The notes: a model not told the origin generated them from the letters alone. Shown: positions 22,188 through 33,265, counted from the stretch's first letter. The stretch is DNA of 64,000 nucleotides from an uncultured Acidobacteriota bacterium (GCA_963843575.1 CAWJKZ010000019.1:384001-448000), one strand, 5' to 3'. Program-made: numbers and translations.

Positions 22188-24581
22188 ATGTTCAAGAGAT
22201 TCCCGGGCGACGACGTTGCACGACTTGGCCGGAGGGATGTGCTGAAGGGGGCGGGCTTCGCGCTGGCCGCCATGACCGGTTTCCCCGCATCGTTTCACGC
22301 CGCGCCCGGACAGGGCGCGGTCCAGGGCGCACCCGATTCGCCCCTCGTGTTTCCCAGACCGCGGGAAACGAAGATGGGCGAAGGGGAGTTCGTCCTGGAC
22401 GGGCAGACGTCCCTGCTGCTCCCGACCACGCCTTCGCCGGGCGACCTTCAGCTTGCGCGGTGCCTCACCAGCGAGTTGAGCGACTGGTACGACCTCGTGC
22501 CCAGGACGCAACGAGTGCAAGGGGTGCCCGGGGCCGGGAAGTTCATCCTGATCGGCTCCGTCGACAACCCGCTCGTCCGGCAGCGCTGCGCGCGCCTGGG
22601 GCTGCCGCTGGACGCAAAGACTCCGGGGCCGGAGGGTTACCACCTCCGCGTGGACGCCGGCAGCATCCTCGTCGCCGGGAGCGACCCGCGCGGGGCCTTC
22701 TTCGGGCTCCAGTCGCTGCGGCAATTGATCCGGAAGGAAGGCGGGCAGGCACGAGTTCCCGCGGTGTATTTGCGGGACTGGCCCGACAAGACGTTCAGGG
22801 GCGTGAAGCTCTACGTGCCGGGTCGCACCCAGATCCCATTCTTCAAGCGGTTCATCCGGGATTTCATGGCCCTCTACAAGTACAACACCCTGATGATGGA
22901 AATGAACGCCTGCATGCGGCTGGACCGGCACCCGGAACTGAACGCCGGCTGGGTCGAAATGGGGCGCGACACCAACTTCAGCCGGAAGAACTATCCCCCC
23001 GGGGTGCCGCACGACATGGAATCGAACTCGTCGCACCACGACACGGCCGACGGCGGGTTCCTGGAAAAGGACGAGGTCGTCGACCTGGTGCGCTGGGTGG
23101 AGGACAACCACATCGAGGTCGTCCCGGAAGTCCCATCCCTGACCCACGCCTACTACCTGCTCTCCAGGCACCGCGAGCTGTCCCAGGTCCCCGGCGTCAA
23201 ATGGCCCGACACCTATTGCGCGTGCGATCCCAGGAGCTACCAACTGCTGTTCGAGGTCATGGACGAGTACATCGAGGTGATGAAACCCAAAATGGTCCAC
23301 GCGGGCCACGACGAGTGGTTCGCGCCCTTCGGCCTGGGACCGTGCTGCAAGGAGCGGAATTTCGGCGAGGTGTACGGCGAAGACATCGCGAAGGTGCATG
23401 CCTACCTGGCGAAAAAAGGCATCCGGATGGCGATTTGGGGGGACTACCTGCTCGAAAAGGTCCGGGGCAAGGGGATGCAGAAACGCTCCGCGCCCGACGG
23501 GTTCAAGTACGAGGCCCCGGGGGCGATGACGCCGGAGCAGGTCCGGAAGCTCGTACCCAAGGACATCCTCATCTTCAACTGGTTCTGGAACGAGGGGGAA
23601 GGGGGCGAAACCACCGAGGCGCAACTCGACGAATTCGGATTCCGCCAGATCTACGGGAACATGACCCCCTTCATAGAGAGGTACCGGGAACGGAGCAAGA
23701 GGCCCACGATCACGGGCGGCGCCCCTTCGTCGTGGGCGGCGACGACCGAGTACAACATGTGCAAGGACATGCTGCGCGACGTCATCGGGTGCAGCAGCCT
23801 GCTCTGGTCCAAAGAACCGATAGAAAGCACGGAACTGTCCCGGATTACCCAGGCGCGCATGCCGGAAGCCCGGCCCCGGCTGACCGGGCAGGTTCCGCCG
23901 AGCGCTACGGGCGATCCCGTGCTCCCGATCGACATCTCGTCCAGCTTCAACGGGCCGCTGCGCGAACCCGGCCTCGACGTCGACCTCACCGGGCTGCGCA
24001 CCGGGAAAATCACCGCCGGCAACCTGGTGTTCGAACTGGCGCCAGCGCGCGACGGCCGCCAGGCCGTCGTGGTCGGGACCGAGGGGCAGAAACCCAACCC
24101 CCTGCCGCGCGAGGTCGGCGGGATCGGGATCGGCGTGGACGCGACCAGCCTCGTCTTCCTCCATGCCTGCGCCATCCCGGCGACCAACAAGGAAGCGTAC
24201 CGCTTGATCTGGGACTTCCCGGACTCGGCCGACCTCCTCGGGTGGTATGAAGTCGTCTACGAGGACGGGCTCCCCGAGGTGATCCCGATCCGCTACGGGA
24301 TCAATGTCCTGGAGTGGAACTGGGGGACCTCGAAGTCGTCGGGTCACTACTGCTACGGCGCCGATCTCGTCGTCTGCGGGGAACACGAGAACAAACCGAT
24401 CACGTTCTTCGCCATGGAATGGACGAGCCCGCGGCTGGGCAAGGTCATCCGGGAGGTGCGGCTGAAGGGCTCGACCGGGTTCCGCGGCGCCGTCCCCGGT
24501 TTCGAAAACTCCTTCGGCGACGTGATCCCGAACAATGCGGTCATTTTGAAGGCGATCAGCTGCACGCGCGCGAGAACCTGA
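22188..24581 (+). CDS. Tat-exported GH20-family glycoside hydrolase (paralog 5; HxGHDEW subtype)
   Basis: GRRDVLK Tat motif, LRDWPDKTFRG, VHAGHDEW; clear paralog of 10910..13027. Confidence 0.85.
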   Translation: MFKRFPGDDVARLGRRDVLKGAGFALAAMTGFPASFHAAPGQGAVQGAPDSPLVFPRPRETKMGEGEFVLDGQTSLLLPTTPSPGDLQLARCLTSELSDWYDLVPRTQRVQGVPGAGKFILIGSVDNPLVRQRCARLGLPLDAKTPGPEGYHLRVDAGSILVAGSDPRGAFFGLQSLRQLIRKEGGQARVPAVYLRDWPDKTFRGVKLYVPGRTQIPFFKRFIRDFMALYKYNTLMMEMNACMRLDRHPELNAGWVEMGRDTNFSRKNYPPGVPHDMESNSSHHDTADGGFLEKDEVVDLVRWVEDNHIEVVPEVPSLTHAYYLLSRHRELSQVPGVKWPDTYCACDPRSYQLLFEVMDEYIEVMKPKMVHAGHDEWFAPFGLGPCCKERNFGEVYGEDIAKVHAYLAKKGIRMAIWGDYLLEKVRGKGMQKRSAPDGFKYEAPGAMTPEQVRKLVPKDILIFNWFWNEGEGGETTEAQLDEFGFRQIYGNMTPFIERYRERSKRPTITGGAPSSWAATTEYNMCKDMLRDVIGCSSLLWSKEPIESTELSRITQARMPEARPRLTGQVPPSATGDPVLPIDISSSFNGPLREPGLDVDLTGLRTGKITAGNLVFELAPARDGRQAVVVGTEGQKPNPLPREVGGIGIGVDATSLVFLHACAIPATNKEAYRLIWDFPDSADLLGWYEVVYEDGLPEVIPIRYGINVLEWNWGTSKSSGHYCYGADLVVCGEHENKPITFFAMEWTSPRLGKVIREVRLKGSTGFRGAVPGFENSFGDVIPNNAVILKAISCTRART

Positions 24582-24616
24582 GGTTCGAGACTCGAACGTC
24601 CCAGTGGAGGTATGCG

Positions 24617-25762
24617 ATGGAGACCCGTCAAGCAGTCGCCGTGGGCGATGCCCCGGCTAACGCTAAGCCAAAGCCGGCGACGGCCCGGCTGGTTTCACTG
24701 GACGCATTCCGCGGCTTCATCATGTTCTGGATCGTGGGCGGAGGCGCCGTCGCGGTCGGTTTGCAGGCCCTGGGCCACAACCCCGTCAGCGACACCATCG
24801 TCTATCAGCTGAATCACAGCGCGTGGGAAGGGCTGAGGTTTTACGACTGCATCTGGCCCTCCTTCATGCTGATGGTGGGGATCTCGATACCCTTCTCCTA
24901 TGCCAAGCGCTCCCTCACCCAGACTCATAGCCAGATGTTCTGGCACGCCTTTCGGCGCTTCCTGATCCTCATGCTGCTGGGGGGAATCCGCGAGTCGGTC
25001 AGCCTGGGCTCGCCGCGCCTCATCGAACTGAGCAGCGCGCTGCAGCCCATCGCGGTCGCCTCGCTGGCCGCGTTCCTGCTGGTGCGCCGATCGTGGAAAT
25101 TCCAGGCGCTGGTCGGAGCGTCGATACTCGTCGGGTACATGCTGCTCCTGGCCCTCGTCCCGGTCCCCGGAGTCGGGGCGGTTTCCTACCAGCACGGCGC
25201 CAACCTCGTGTACGCGGTCGACAAGGCCCTGCTGCCGCACCGGGTCGTAGAGGCGGTGTTTCAGGAGGGCTGGGGAACCATCATCTGCACGATACCCACC
25301 ATCGCCACCACCATCCTTGGCCTTCTGTTCGGCAGCCTGCTGAGAAGCGGGCTGACGGCCGGGAGGAAAATGGCCGTCATCGCCGGGACCGGGGTCGGCG
25401 GCCTCGTCGTCGGCTACACCTTGTCCTTCTTCGTTCCCATCGTCATGAAGATGTGGACGACCTCCTACGGGGTCTTGTCCGCCAGCTGGTCGGCCCTCAT
25501 GTTCCTGCTGTTCTACTGGGTCGTCGACGTCCTCGGGTACAGGAAATGGGCGTTCGTGTTCGTCGTCATCGGGATGAACGCACTGGCCGTCTACCTGTGC
25601 AACACGGTCACCCGCCTGAACGAAATCGTCGCCATATTCACCCGTGGACCGGCTGCCGCGATGGGCTCCATCGGCCCGCTGTTCGCGGCACTGGCCTTTT
25701 TCGCCGTCGAGTGGGGCATCCTGTACTGGATGTACAAGCGGAGAATCTTCCTCAGCGCCTGA
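24617..25762 (+). CDS. HGSNAT/NagX-like (DUF5009-type) membrane acyltransferase
   Basis: [48 protein letters not shown]. Confidence 0.8.
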   Translation: METRQAVAVGDAPANAKPKPATARLVSLDAFRGFIMFWIVGGGAVAVGLQALGHNPVSDTIVYQLNHSAWEGLRFYDCIWPSFMLMVGISIPFSYAKRSLTQTHSQMFWHAFRRFLILMLLGGIRESVSLGSPRLIELSSALQPIAVASLAAFLLVRRSWKFQALVGASILVGYMLLLALVPVPGVGAVSYQHGANLVYAVDKALLPHRVVEAVFQEGWGTIICTIPTIATTILGLLFGSLLRSGLTAGRKMAVIAGTGVGGLVVGYTLSFFVPIVMKMWTTSYGVLSASWSALMFLLFYWVVDVLGYRKWAFVFVVIGMNALAVYLCNTVTRLNEIVAIFTRGPAAAMGSIGPLFAALAFFAVEWGILYWMYKRRIFLSA

Positions 25763-25784
25763 GAGACGGCCAACGGCGGTGCAC

Positions 25785-26419
25785 ATGTCTGCGAGAAAAA
25801 CGAAGCTCGCGATCGCGGCTGCATTCCTGGTCTGCTCTGCCCTGGGCTCCGGGATGGACGAATCGGGTCCGTCCCGCGCTCAGGATCTGGCCATGACGCC
25901 CCCGATGGGGTGGAACAGCTGGAATCCATTCGGAAAGAACGTCAGCGAGGCGGTCATCAAAGAGACCGCGGACGCGCTGGTGACCTCCGGCCTCAAAGAC
26001 GCCGGTTTCTCCTACGTCGTCATCGACGATCTCTGGCACGGCGGCAGGGATTCCCAGGGGAGGCTCTTCCCCGATCCGTGCGCAAGATGAACGAGGCGAC
26101 CAGGACCATCCTGCTGAACAAGGACATTATCGGGATCGACCAGGACGCGCTGGGGAAACAGGGCTTTCGTGTGATGAGACGCGACGCCGTCGAAGCGTGG
26201 AAGAAACCGCTTTCCGGCGGCCGGGTCGCGATTGCCCTGCTGAACAGGGATTCCGGCGACAGGTCTGCTGCCGCTTCCTGGAAAGAGCTGGAGTTGGTTC
26301 CCGGGACGAGATACACGGTCTACGACGTGTGGGGCCACACATCCCTGGGCCCGTCCTCGGGACCGATTTCGGCGGAACTGAAGCCGCACGAGACCAGGGT
26401 CTTCGTACTCACCCCGTGA
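25785..26419 (+). pseudogene. GH27 alpha-galactosidase/alpha-GalNAcase with large internal deletion
   Basis: N-part [10 protein letters not shown]...YVVIDDLW joined out of frame at ~26077 to the C-part LNKDIIGIDQDALGKQG plus the melibiase C-terminal domain; catalytic core missing. Confidence 0.75.
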
Positions 26420-26448
26420 AGGGGAAAGTAGCAACAGAGAAGCACAGT

Positions 26449-26485
26449 GGGACGCGGATAAACGCTGTTGATCCGCGTCCCATTT
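26449..26485. terminator. Family C hairpin between convergent genes (possible bidirectional terminator)
   Basis: GGGACGCGGAT...ATCCGCGTCCC followed by ATTTT. Confidence 0.55.
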
Positions 26486-26498
26486 TCCTGCCGGTTCG

Positions 26499-27738
26499 TC
26501 AGCCTCGCAGTCTGCCCACGGCATCCGCAATAGCCGCGCAGATGTACTCGTTGTCCGCGTCGGACATCAGCGGGTGCAGCGGCGGGTTGAAGAGGCGCGC
26601 CGCCGAGTTCCTCGGCCTTCGGGCAGGCTTGTCCGAGGGTCATGCGGCGCAGGAACGAATCGGTCTGGTACACCGGCGGGTTGGCGACCACCGTGTCCAC
26701 GCCGTACTCCTTCTTGAGCAGCGCCATGAGCGCATCGCGCTTCGCGCCGGCCCACTCGCGCGGGACGAGCACGTTGTACAGGTAGTAGACGGGCTCGCAC
26801 TCCGGCGTGACACGGGCGAGCGTCAGCTCCGGCACCTGGCTCAGCATTTCGGTGCGCTTGTTCGCGAGGGCGACGCGCGGGGCGATCATCTAGTCCAGCC
26901 GCCGCAACTGCACCAGTCCCACGGCGGCCTGGATCTTGGTCATCTTGTAGTTGGAGCCCCAGCCCATGTCGCCGGTCCCCTTCTTGCCGCGCGCGACCTC
27001 GAGGTCGTCCGAGACGGCGATGCCCCACTGCCGGATCGCCCGCAGCCGCAGCATGAGGTCGGGGTCGTCGGTGGTGATCATCCCGCCCTCGCCGAGGGTG
27101 GTCATCATCTTCATCGTGTGCAGGCTGAAGACGGTCATCCACGCCTGTTTGCCGATCTTGGCGCCCTGGTAGGCGCCGCCCAGCGCTCTGGCGGCGTCGC
27201 CGATGACTCTCAGCGGTCCGTGTTTGGGGTGGGGATGCCGCTGGGCGATCTCCAGGTACTCGTCCATGGGCGCCGAGAGGCCGTTCATGTGCGTCACCAG
27301 GATGGCCCGCGTCCGCGGGGTGATCTTGGCTTCGACGTCGGCCGGGTCGGCGTTGAGGCTCTCGTCCGAGTCGCACAGGACCAGCTTGGCGCCGGCACCG
27401 AGAACGGCGTAGGGAGCCGCCCGGAAGTTCATCGCCGGCACGATCACCTCGTCCTGCGGCTCCAGGTCCAGCGCCCGGACGGCCGCGTCGAGGCCCGTGC
27501 CCGCCGACGTCACGGACAGAGCGTACCGAGCCCCGATGTACTCGGCGAACTTCTGCTCGAGTTCCAGGATTTCGTCGCAGAAGAAACCGAAACCGACGTC
27601 CGGGTCCATGCAGGCGCGGATTGCCTTGACCGCGGCCTCGATCTCCTCCTCGGTGTACCAGCCGCCCAGCATGGGCTCCGCCTGCCACTCACGGCTCAAT
27701 CGGCGCGCCAGCACTTTCTGTTGTTTTGCCTGATCCAT
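26499..27738 (-). CDS. DegT/DnrJ/EryC1/StrS-family aminotransferase; in-frame TAG at 26890-26892 and frameshift near 26600
   Basis: DEVIVPAMNF, IGDAARALG, SLHTMKMMTTLGEGG; homology continues past the TAG (MIAPRVAL...YYLY) to ...NPPLHPLMSDADNEY. Confidence 0.8.
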
Positions 27739-28067
27739 GCAATGACCTCCCCAAAATTCGTCAAGAGCCGTATAAGTACACCGGAGGCGCAGTGCGGCAC
27801 ACCACGAAGCCTCCGCCTAGGTTTCTTGCCCGGAACCGGACACACCCTATAGCACGGCGGCATCCCAATTGCCAACAGGCAAAGTGAAGGGTACGGCAAC
27901 CGGCCCCGACCTGTCGCGAATGCCTCTGATTTTACCCCGCGTGGACCTGCGTCAATCCGCGTCCGAAAGGGGCTTCTCATGTTAGAGTCTGACTTCCGCC
28001 GAGTCGCCGCAACAGGAGTTGCGCCGCGCGGGCGCGGAGCTTCGTTCACCACCCTGGAGGATGCGGC

Positions 28068-29067
28068 ATGCGGATCCGCAACGTCGTTCTCACAATCGCC
28101 CTGTTGGCCGGCGCGGCCCCGGTGCAGACGGCCCAGCGCGAAGCTCCGAAACAACCCGGGCTGCACAGCCTGTATGGCATCGACGTTATTCCCGAGCCGC
28201 AGGTCGTGCGCACTGGCGATGGGGAGTTCGTGATCGACAGCGCGACGCTCGTCTACGCAGATCCGCAGCTTCGGGATCCCTCCCCCGCGGACAGCCTCCA
28301 GGAAGGCCTCGCCCAGGCCCTGCAGCTCCGGGTGCCGAAGACCGGCTCCCTGCGCCCGGCCAATGTCGTCGCGCTGAAGCTCGTCCCCGAATCGGATTTG
28401 AGGGAAGTTCCCGATGGAAGCGTGAGGAAGGAAGCCTACTCCCTCGAAGTCACCCGGTCCCAGATCACCATCGGGGCCACGGATGCGGCCGGGCTCCTCT
28501 ACGGCGTCCAGACCCTGGTGCAGCTGGCCGAGCAGGGGCGGGGCCGCGTCCGCGGGCTGAAGATCGTCGATTGGCCCGACATGAGCTTCCGCGCCGTCCA
28601 CGTCGACTTGTGGTTTCACCTCGACCGGGAACAGGTATAACCTCGAGGTGCTCCTCCTCTGCGCCCGGACGATGCTCCACTTCACGGATCTGGTTCTGCG
28701 CGTCGGCGAGATCAACGACAACCTGCTGGCCGCCGACGCCGACCACCGGAAGGGAGACGACCAGGCCGCCATCACCCGCTACCAGCGGATCGGCCGGATT
28801 GTAGACGACCTCCGGTACGAAAAGTCCCTGGTGTTCGACGAGACGGTCCGGGTCTGGGAAAAATCGACCTTCCCGAAGGACTTCCGCCATGTCCCGGGGG
28901 GCAGGGAGAAATTCGTGCACCAGATCGATCGCGATTTCTATTGCGGCAACAAGACGATGGACCTGAGCTACATCTTCGAGGTCGAGGAACAGCTCGGCCT
29001 CTTCTCCTTCCAGCAGAAACTCTATCGCGTCACCGTAAACATCCTGCGCGGCCGCACGCCATGGTAG
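28068..29067 (+). pseudogene. GH20-like protein (paralog 6) with most of the catalytic barrel deleted
   Basis: Signal peptide + GH20b-type domain + IVDWPDMSFRAVHVD, then an out-of-frame jump at ~28628 to a C-terminal helical segment. Confidence 0.65.
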
Positions 29068-29093
29068 GGGACGGACCAGGAGAAGTAATTACC

Positions 29094-29180
29094 CCTCAAT
29101 GAGATGGCGCCAAAACAAGGACGAAAATGCCCCTTATTTCGCGTTTTTGGGGCCATTTTCTGCGATTAAGACCGGTTTGA
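29094..29180 (+). repeat. Family F element (copy 1): degenerate IHF-like site + phased A/T tracts
   Basis: Core CCTTATTTCGCGTTTTTGGGGCCATTTT...GATTAAGACCG shared with 35489, 35601 (reverse), 42531 and 45938. Confidence 0.75.
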
Positions 29181-29189
29181 GTTGAAGGC

Positions 29190-30533
29190 TCAAACCCCGT
29201 TGTCGAGGGCGAAGTAGGGTTTTCGTGTGCTCCACCGGCCCTTGGTGAAGTCGGGGCACTTGACCGGCATGCTCCCCTTGGCGAGCGATTCCTCGGACAG
29301 GGGGATCACGACGCTCATCGTCACCGAGTCGTAGATGTCGATGGGGGTGGGGGTCTTGTGCCGGACCGCTCTGAAGAACTCCTGCAACTCGATGAAGTCC
29401 GGCTCTCCGTGGCCGAACACGCCGCGCGCCTTCCTCTGCTCCGGGTCTCCCAGGCCCTTGTACAGCCTGTGCTCGTACTTCTTCTCGTAAGGCTGCAGAG
29501 GCTCCCAGGTGTGCGCGTCGTTCCCTTTGGGCACGACGCCGTCCATGAAGACCGACCAGCGTTGCTCGTTGTAGAGTCCGCGGGTCCCCTCGATTTCCCA
29601 GCGGTTGTCGTAGGGGCGCGGGGTCTGCATGTCGTTGTTGATGACGATCGTGTTCCCCTTTTTCGTCTTGACGAGCGAGGTGACGATGTCCGACTGCATC
29701 ACCTTTCTCTTGGCCATCGGGTGGTCGGGGCCGAACTTGCGCCGGAAATGGTCGTTGATGCTGACGGAGCGATTGGCCATCGACACCAGGGTGTCGAACG
29801 CATCCCCGCAGTTGATGTCCATCCAGCTCAGCACCGGGCCCAGGCTGTGGGTGGGGTACTGGTCCGCGTTGCGCTTGAGCAGGTAGGCGCCGGTCCAGCG
29901 CGGCTCCCCGTCCTTGTCGAACCACCAGATGTCGGTGCAGTCGTGGGAGTGGGCGCAGTGGCAGTGGATGATTTCGCCGAAGAGCCCGGCGCGGATCATG
30001 TTGAGCACCACCAGGTTCTCCCCGCGGAAGCTCCAGTTCTCGAGCATCATGCAGGGCACCCCAGTCTGCTCCTGGGTGTCGACGAGCTGCCACAGGTCAT
30101 CCATCGTGATGCCGATGGGGACCTCGACCCCGGCGTACTTCCCGGTTTTCATGGCGTGGACCGCCATCGGTGTGTGCCATTCCCAGTAGGTCGCGATGAC
30201 TATCGCGTCCAGATCCTCGCGGTCGATCAGGCGCTTGTAGTCGTGCTCGTCCTTTCCGTAACTCTCCGGCCGCTTCTGGCCGGCCTTCTCCACCATCTCG
30301 ACGGCGTGCTCGAGGTTCGGCTTCTGGATGTCGCAGACGGCGGGAACCTCGATCCCGGGCATGTGGAGCGCGATGTCCAGCAACCCGGATCCCCGATTCC
30401 CCACCCCGACAAAACCGACCCGTATTTTCCGCTCGTTTTGGCCTAAGAGGCCTGTTGGAGCGCCGAATGCGGAAACCATCGCCATTGCGCCACCGGCTTT
30501 CAAAAGGTCACGACGTGTTGTCCCAGGAGCCAT
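29190..30533 (-). CDS. Tat-exported GH109-like NAD+-dependent N-acetylhexosaminidase (Gfo/Idh/MocA fold)
   Basis: TRRDLLK Tat motif, VGVGNRG, IATYWEWH, VEVP, MMLEN, YPTHSLGP, C-terminal PDFTKGRW. Confidence 0.8.
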   Translation of the reverse strand: MAPGTTRRDLLKAGGAMAMVSAFGAPTGLLGQNERKIRVGFVGVGNRGSGLLDIALHMPGIEVPAVCDIQKPNLEHAVEMVEKAGQKRPESYGKDEHDYKRLIDREDLDAIVIATYWEWHTPMAVHAMKTGKYAGVEVPIGITMDDLWQLVDTQEQTGVPCMMLENWSFRGENLVVLNMIRAGLFGEIIHCHCAHSHDCTDIWWFDKDGEPRWTGAYLLKRNADQYPTHSLGPVLSWMDINCGDAFDTLVSMANRSVSINDHFRRKFGPDHPMAKRKVMQSDIVTSLVKTKKGNTIVINNDMQTPRPYDNRWEIEGTRGLYNEQRWSVFMDGVVPKGNDAHTWEPLQPYEKKYEHRLYKGLGDPEQRKARGVFGHGEPDFIELQEFFRAVRHKTPTPIDIYDSVTMSVVIPLSEESLAKGSMPVKCPDFTKGRWSTRKPYFALDNGV

Positions 30534-30648
30534 TCTATCCCTCCGATCTCTGCTGGGAATATACAAATCCCGCCTGACACACGCAACGTCTAGTTATAGA
30601 CTGCCCGGCATGGTTTCCCTGTGCCAAACCCCGAAAGGACGATGCCGC

Positions 30649-32496
30649 ATGCGGACCGCGAAGGTCGGATTCCTTGCATGGTTGACGATGTTGACAATTA
30701 TGGCCGTCGTACCGGCTGCTCCTCTCCCCGCAATGGCGACGGGCGAACGTGCGCTGCCCTATCGCTTCCTGCTGGTGATTTCCGACCAGTGGAACGACCC
30801 GGCCAGCTACCTGGTCGACGGCGGCGGCGAGTTCCAGGTGCTCGTTTCGCTGCTGAAGGCGTGGGGATTGCCGTTCGAGATTCTTCGGCTCGACCAGCAG
30901 AAGTTCGACCGCTATCACCTGCTGGACCGCGAGGGCCAGCCGCGCTACGGCACCATCATCTGGGACGCGGGGCCCGTCGGGTTGGAAGGCAAGGATCTGA
31001 GCCTCCTCCCCGTCCTGGTGAAGGAATTCGGCACCAGCCTCGTCGCCATCGGAGATTCGGTTTCGCTGCCGGAAATATCGGGTCTCGCCGGACTCGGCTA
31101 TGTCAGCGAGTATCGGTTGGGCGACCCGGTGACGTTCGCCGGCGACCACTTCATCACCCGGGGGCTCGCCGGGCGGGAAAAGGACTTCCTGGCCGGCACT
31201 GCGTGGGAAGTCCCCGGGAGCAAGGTGACGGTGGCGGGCGGCTCGGTGTGGGTGCGGCGCGCCCACCTTCCGTTCCTCGCCACGAAGGAGTATCCAGGGG
31301 CCGGGCGTGTCGTCTGGCTGGGAGCTCACCGCGCCACGGCCCAGATCGCAAACCAGCTGGTGCGCGATCTGCTCAAACGGAGCCTGGTGTGGGCGCAGGG
31401 GTACGCCCTTTACCAGGAGCACCAGAAGAGCGCGATGCTCTTCATGGACGACTTCGGCACCTCCGACCGGACCTACCTCCCCTACTGGCACTACCGGACG
31501 CTCAACGAGGGCGACATCCGCAAAGGGCTCATCGATCCCCTGAAGAAGCACAACGCCGTCCTGATGGAGGATGTGCTGACCGGCTACATCGACCGCAAGG
31601 GGAGGCGAATCGCAAACCCGTGGAAGCAGCAGGTGATCGACGAGATCGACGGCAAGACCCTTCACGACTACGTCTCCGCGAAGAGAGGCCTGGACGCGGG
31701 GCTGAAGGAGGGGGTGCTGGAAATCCAGTGCCACGGCTACACGCACATGCTCCCCGACCTGGATTCCCCTCCGGGGCCGTTCTGGACGGCGCCAATGGAC
31801 GGCACCGGGACGCTGGGCTTCGACGAGGAGTTCAGCGACCGCCTGCGCAACAGGGAAGTGCCGGCCATCACACAGCGGTACCTGCTGGAGCGAGGGCTGG
31901 AGTACATCGCGAAGGACTTCGGCGTCACACCGCTGTTTGTCATCAACGGCGGCAGCGGATGGTCCCGCTCCTACCCGAACAACAGCCCCCGGATCTCGGC
32001 GGAGATGGGATTCGGCCTGTCGCATTTCGGGACCCCGGGATATCTCGGCAGGGACATCGTCATTAACGACATGGGTCCCGTCGTCCCCCAGGGCACCTGG
32101 CAGCACGACCGCAAGCCCCCGACGCCGGAGGAGGTCCCGTGGAGCACCGACGGGCCGTACTGGATCATTTTCCACGACCGCGACATCTCTATGGACATCA
32201 CGGCGGCGGAGCGCCTGCTCAGCAGCCTGGGCGCCGGGGTGCGTTACCTCTCCGCCAACGAGTACGCCGCGTATCTCCACACCCGCATCGAAAGCGGGGA
32301 GCAGCCCCTGTCGCTCTCCGTCTATTACGACGAGCACTACTGCCGGTACTTCGGGTCCCACGAGTCGAAGTGGGTCCTGCACGTCTCGGATGAGACGCGC
32401 CGCGACCTGAAGAGTGCCTCACCCGAGAAGCAGACGATCACGATTCCCGCGGGAGTGGGACGGCACATCGTGCGGCTGGGGCCGCCCACGCCGTAG
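30649..32496 (+). CDS. Secreted protein with polysaccharide deacetylase (NodB/CE4-like) motifs
   Basis: Signal peptide; LFMDDFG and EIQCHGYTH metal-binding motifs, IIFHD; N-terminal half not recognised. Confidence 0.55.
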   Translation: MRTAKVGFLAWLTMLTIMAVVPAAPLPAMATGERALPYRFLLVISDQWNDPASYLVDGGGEFQVLVSLLKAWGLPFEILRLDQQKFDRYHLLDREGQPRYGTIIWDAGPVGLEGKDLSLLPVLVKEFGTSLVAIGDSVSLPEISGLAGLGYVSEYRLGDPVTFAGDHFITRGLAGREKDFLAGTAWEVPGSKVTVAGGSVWVRRAHLPFLATKEYPGAGRVVWLGAHRATAQIANQLVRDLLKRSLVWAQGYALYQEHQKSAMLFMDDFGTSDRTYLPYWHYRTLNEGDIRKGLIDPLKKHNAVLMEDVLTGYIDRKGRRIANPWKQQVIDEIDGKTLHDYVSAKRGLDAGLKEGVLEIQCHGYTHMLPDLDSPPGPFWTAPMDGTGTLGFDEEFSDRLRNREVPAITQRYLLERGLEYIAKDFGVTPLFVINGGSGWSRSYPNNSPRISAEMGFGLSHFGTPGYLGRDIVINDMGPVVPQGTWQHDRKPPTPEEVPWSTDGPYWIIFHDRDISMDITAAERLLSSLGAGVRYLSANEYAAYLHTRIESGEQPLSLSVYYDEHYCRYFGSHESKWVLHVSDETRRDLKSASPEKQTITIPAGVGRHIVRLGPPTP

Positions 32497-32508
32497 CCTC
32501 AATCACCC

Positions 32509-32591
32509 CAGGTGGGTCCGGGCTTCAGCCCGGACGTCTTTGCTATGTAGCGACCGCAAACAGCGTCCGGGCTGCAGCCCGGACCCACTTG
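32509..32591. repeat. Family A REPIN
   Basis: Copy 32512-32535 and inverted copy 32565-32588. Confidence 0.9.
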
Positions 32592-32674
32592 GGGTCCCGG
32601 ACGGAATGACTGCAGGGGTGGGAGCGGATCGTTGTCAGCGGGCGGGGGCGGGCCGCCGCGGCCTACTGGCTCAG

Positions 32675-33265
32675 CTACGGCACGATGCCGCGCAGCCGGG
32701 AGGCGACGTCCACATCGGCGCGCTCCTCGGGCGAGGCTTCGAACAGAGGACGTCGGTGCAGCCCGGCCATCGGGACCAGCAACTGGTCGGGAAACTGCTC
32801 CATCCGGACGTTGTTGATGTTGACGGCGTCGTTGTAGAACTCCCGGCGGTGGGCGATCTGTTCCTCCAGCCCGGTGATGCGCTGCTGCAGCTGGAGGAAT
32901 TGGGTGCTGGACTTGAGATCGGGATAGTTCTCGGCTATCGCGAGCAGGCGGCCCATGCCGGCGCCGAGCTCGCGCTCCGCCTGGAGGCGGGCTTCGTCCG
33001 AAGCCCCGCGGGCAACCTGCGACCGCAGCGAGGTCAGACGCGTCAGGAGATCCCGCTCATAGCCGAGGTATGCCTTTACCGCGTCCAGGAGCTTGCCAAG
33101 CTCGTCGGCCCGCTGCTTGAGCAGAACGTCGACGTTTGACCAGGCCTGGTCGACGTTGTTTTTCACCTGCACGAGGCTGTTGTAAAGAGTTACGGCGTAG
33201 GCGAATATCCCCACCACGACGAGCAGGACGACAAACGCGAAAACGATCGCGATGACACCGAGCAT
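32675..33265 (-). CDS. lemA: LemA family protein
   Basis: N-terminal TM, YNSLV...AWSNVDVLLKQRAD, AENYPDLKS, RREFYNDAV, EQFP. Confidence 0.92.
   Translation of the reverse strand: MLGVIAIVFAFVVLLVVVGIFAYAVTLYNSLVQVKNNVDQAWSNVDVLLKQRADELGKLLDAVKAYLGYERDLLTRLTSLRSQVARGASDEARLQAERELGAGMGRLLAIAENYPDLKSSTQFLQLQQRITGLEEQIAHRREFYNDAVNINNVRMEQFPDQLLVPMAGLHRRPLFEASPEERADVDVASRLRGIVP

Noticed and set aside
26890-26892. Pyrrolysine or other stop-codon recoding
   Set aside because: Non-catalytic position, one substitution away from GAG, other genes here end in TAG, and no pyl genes in the window
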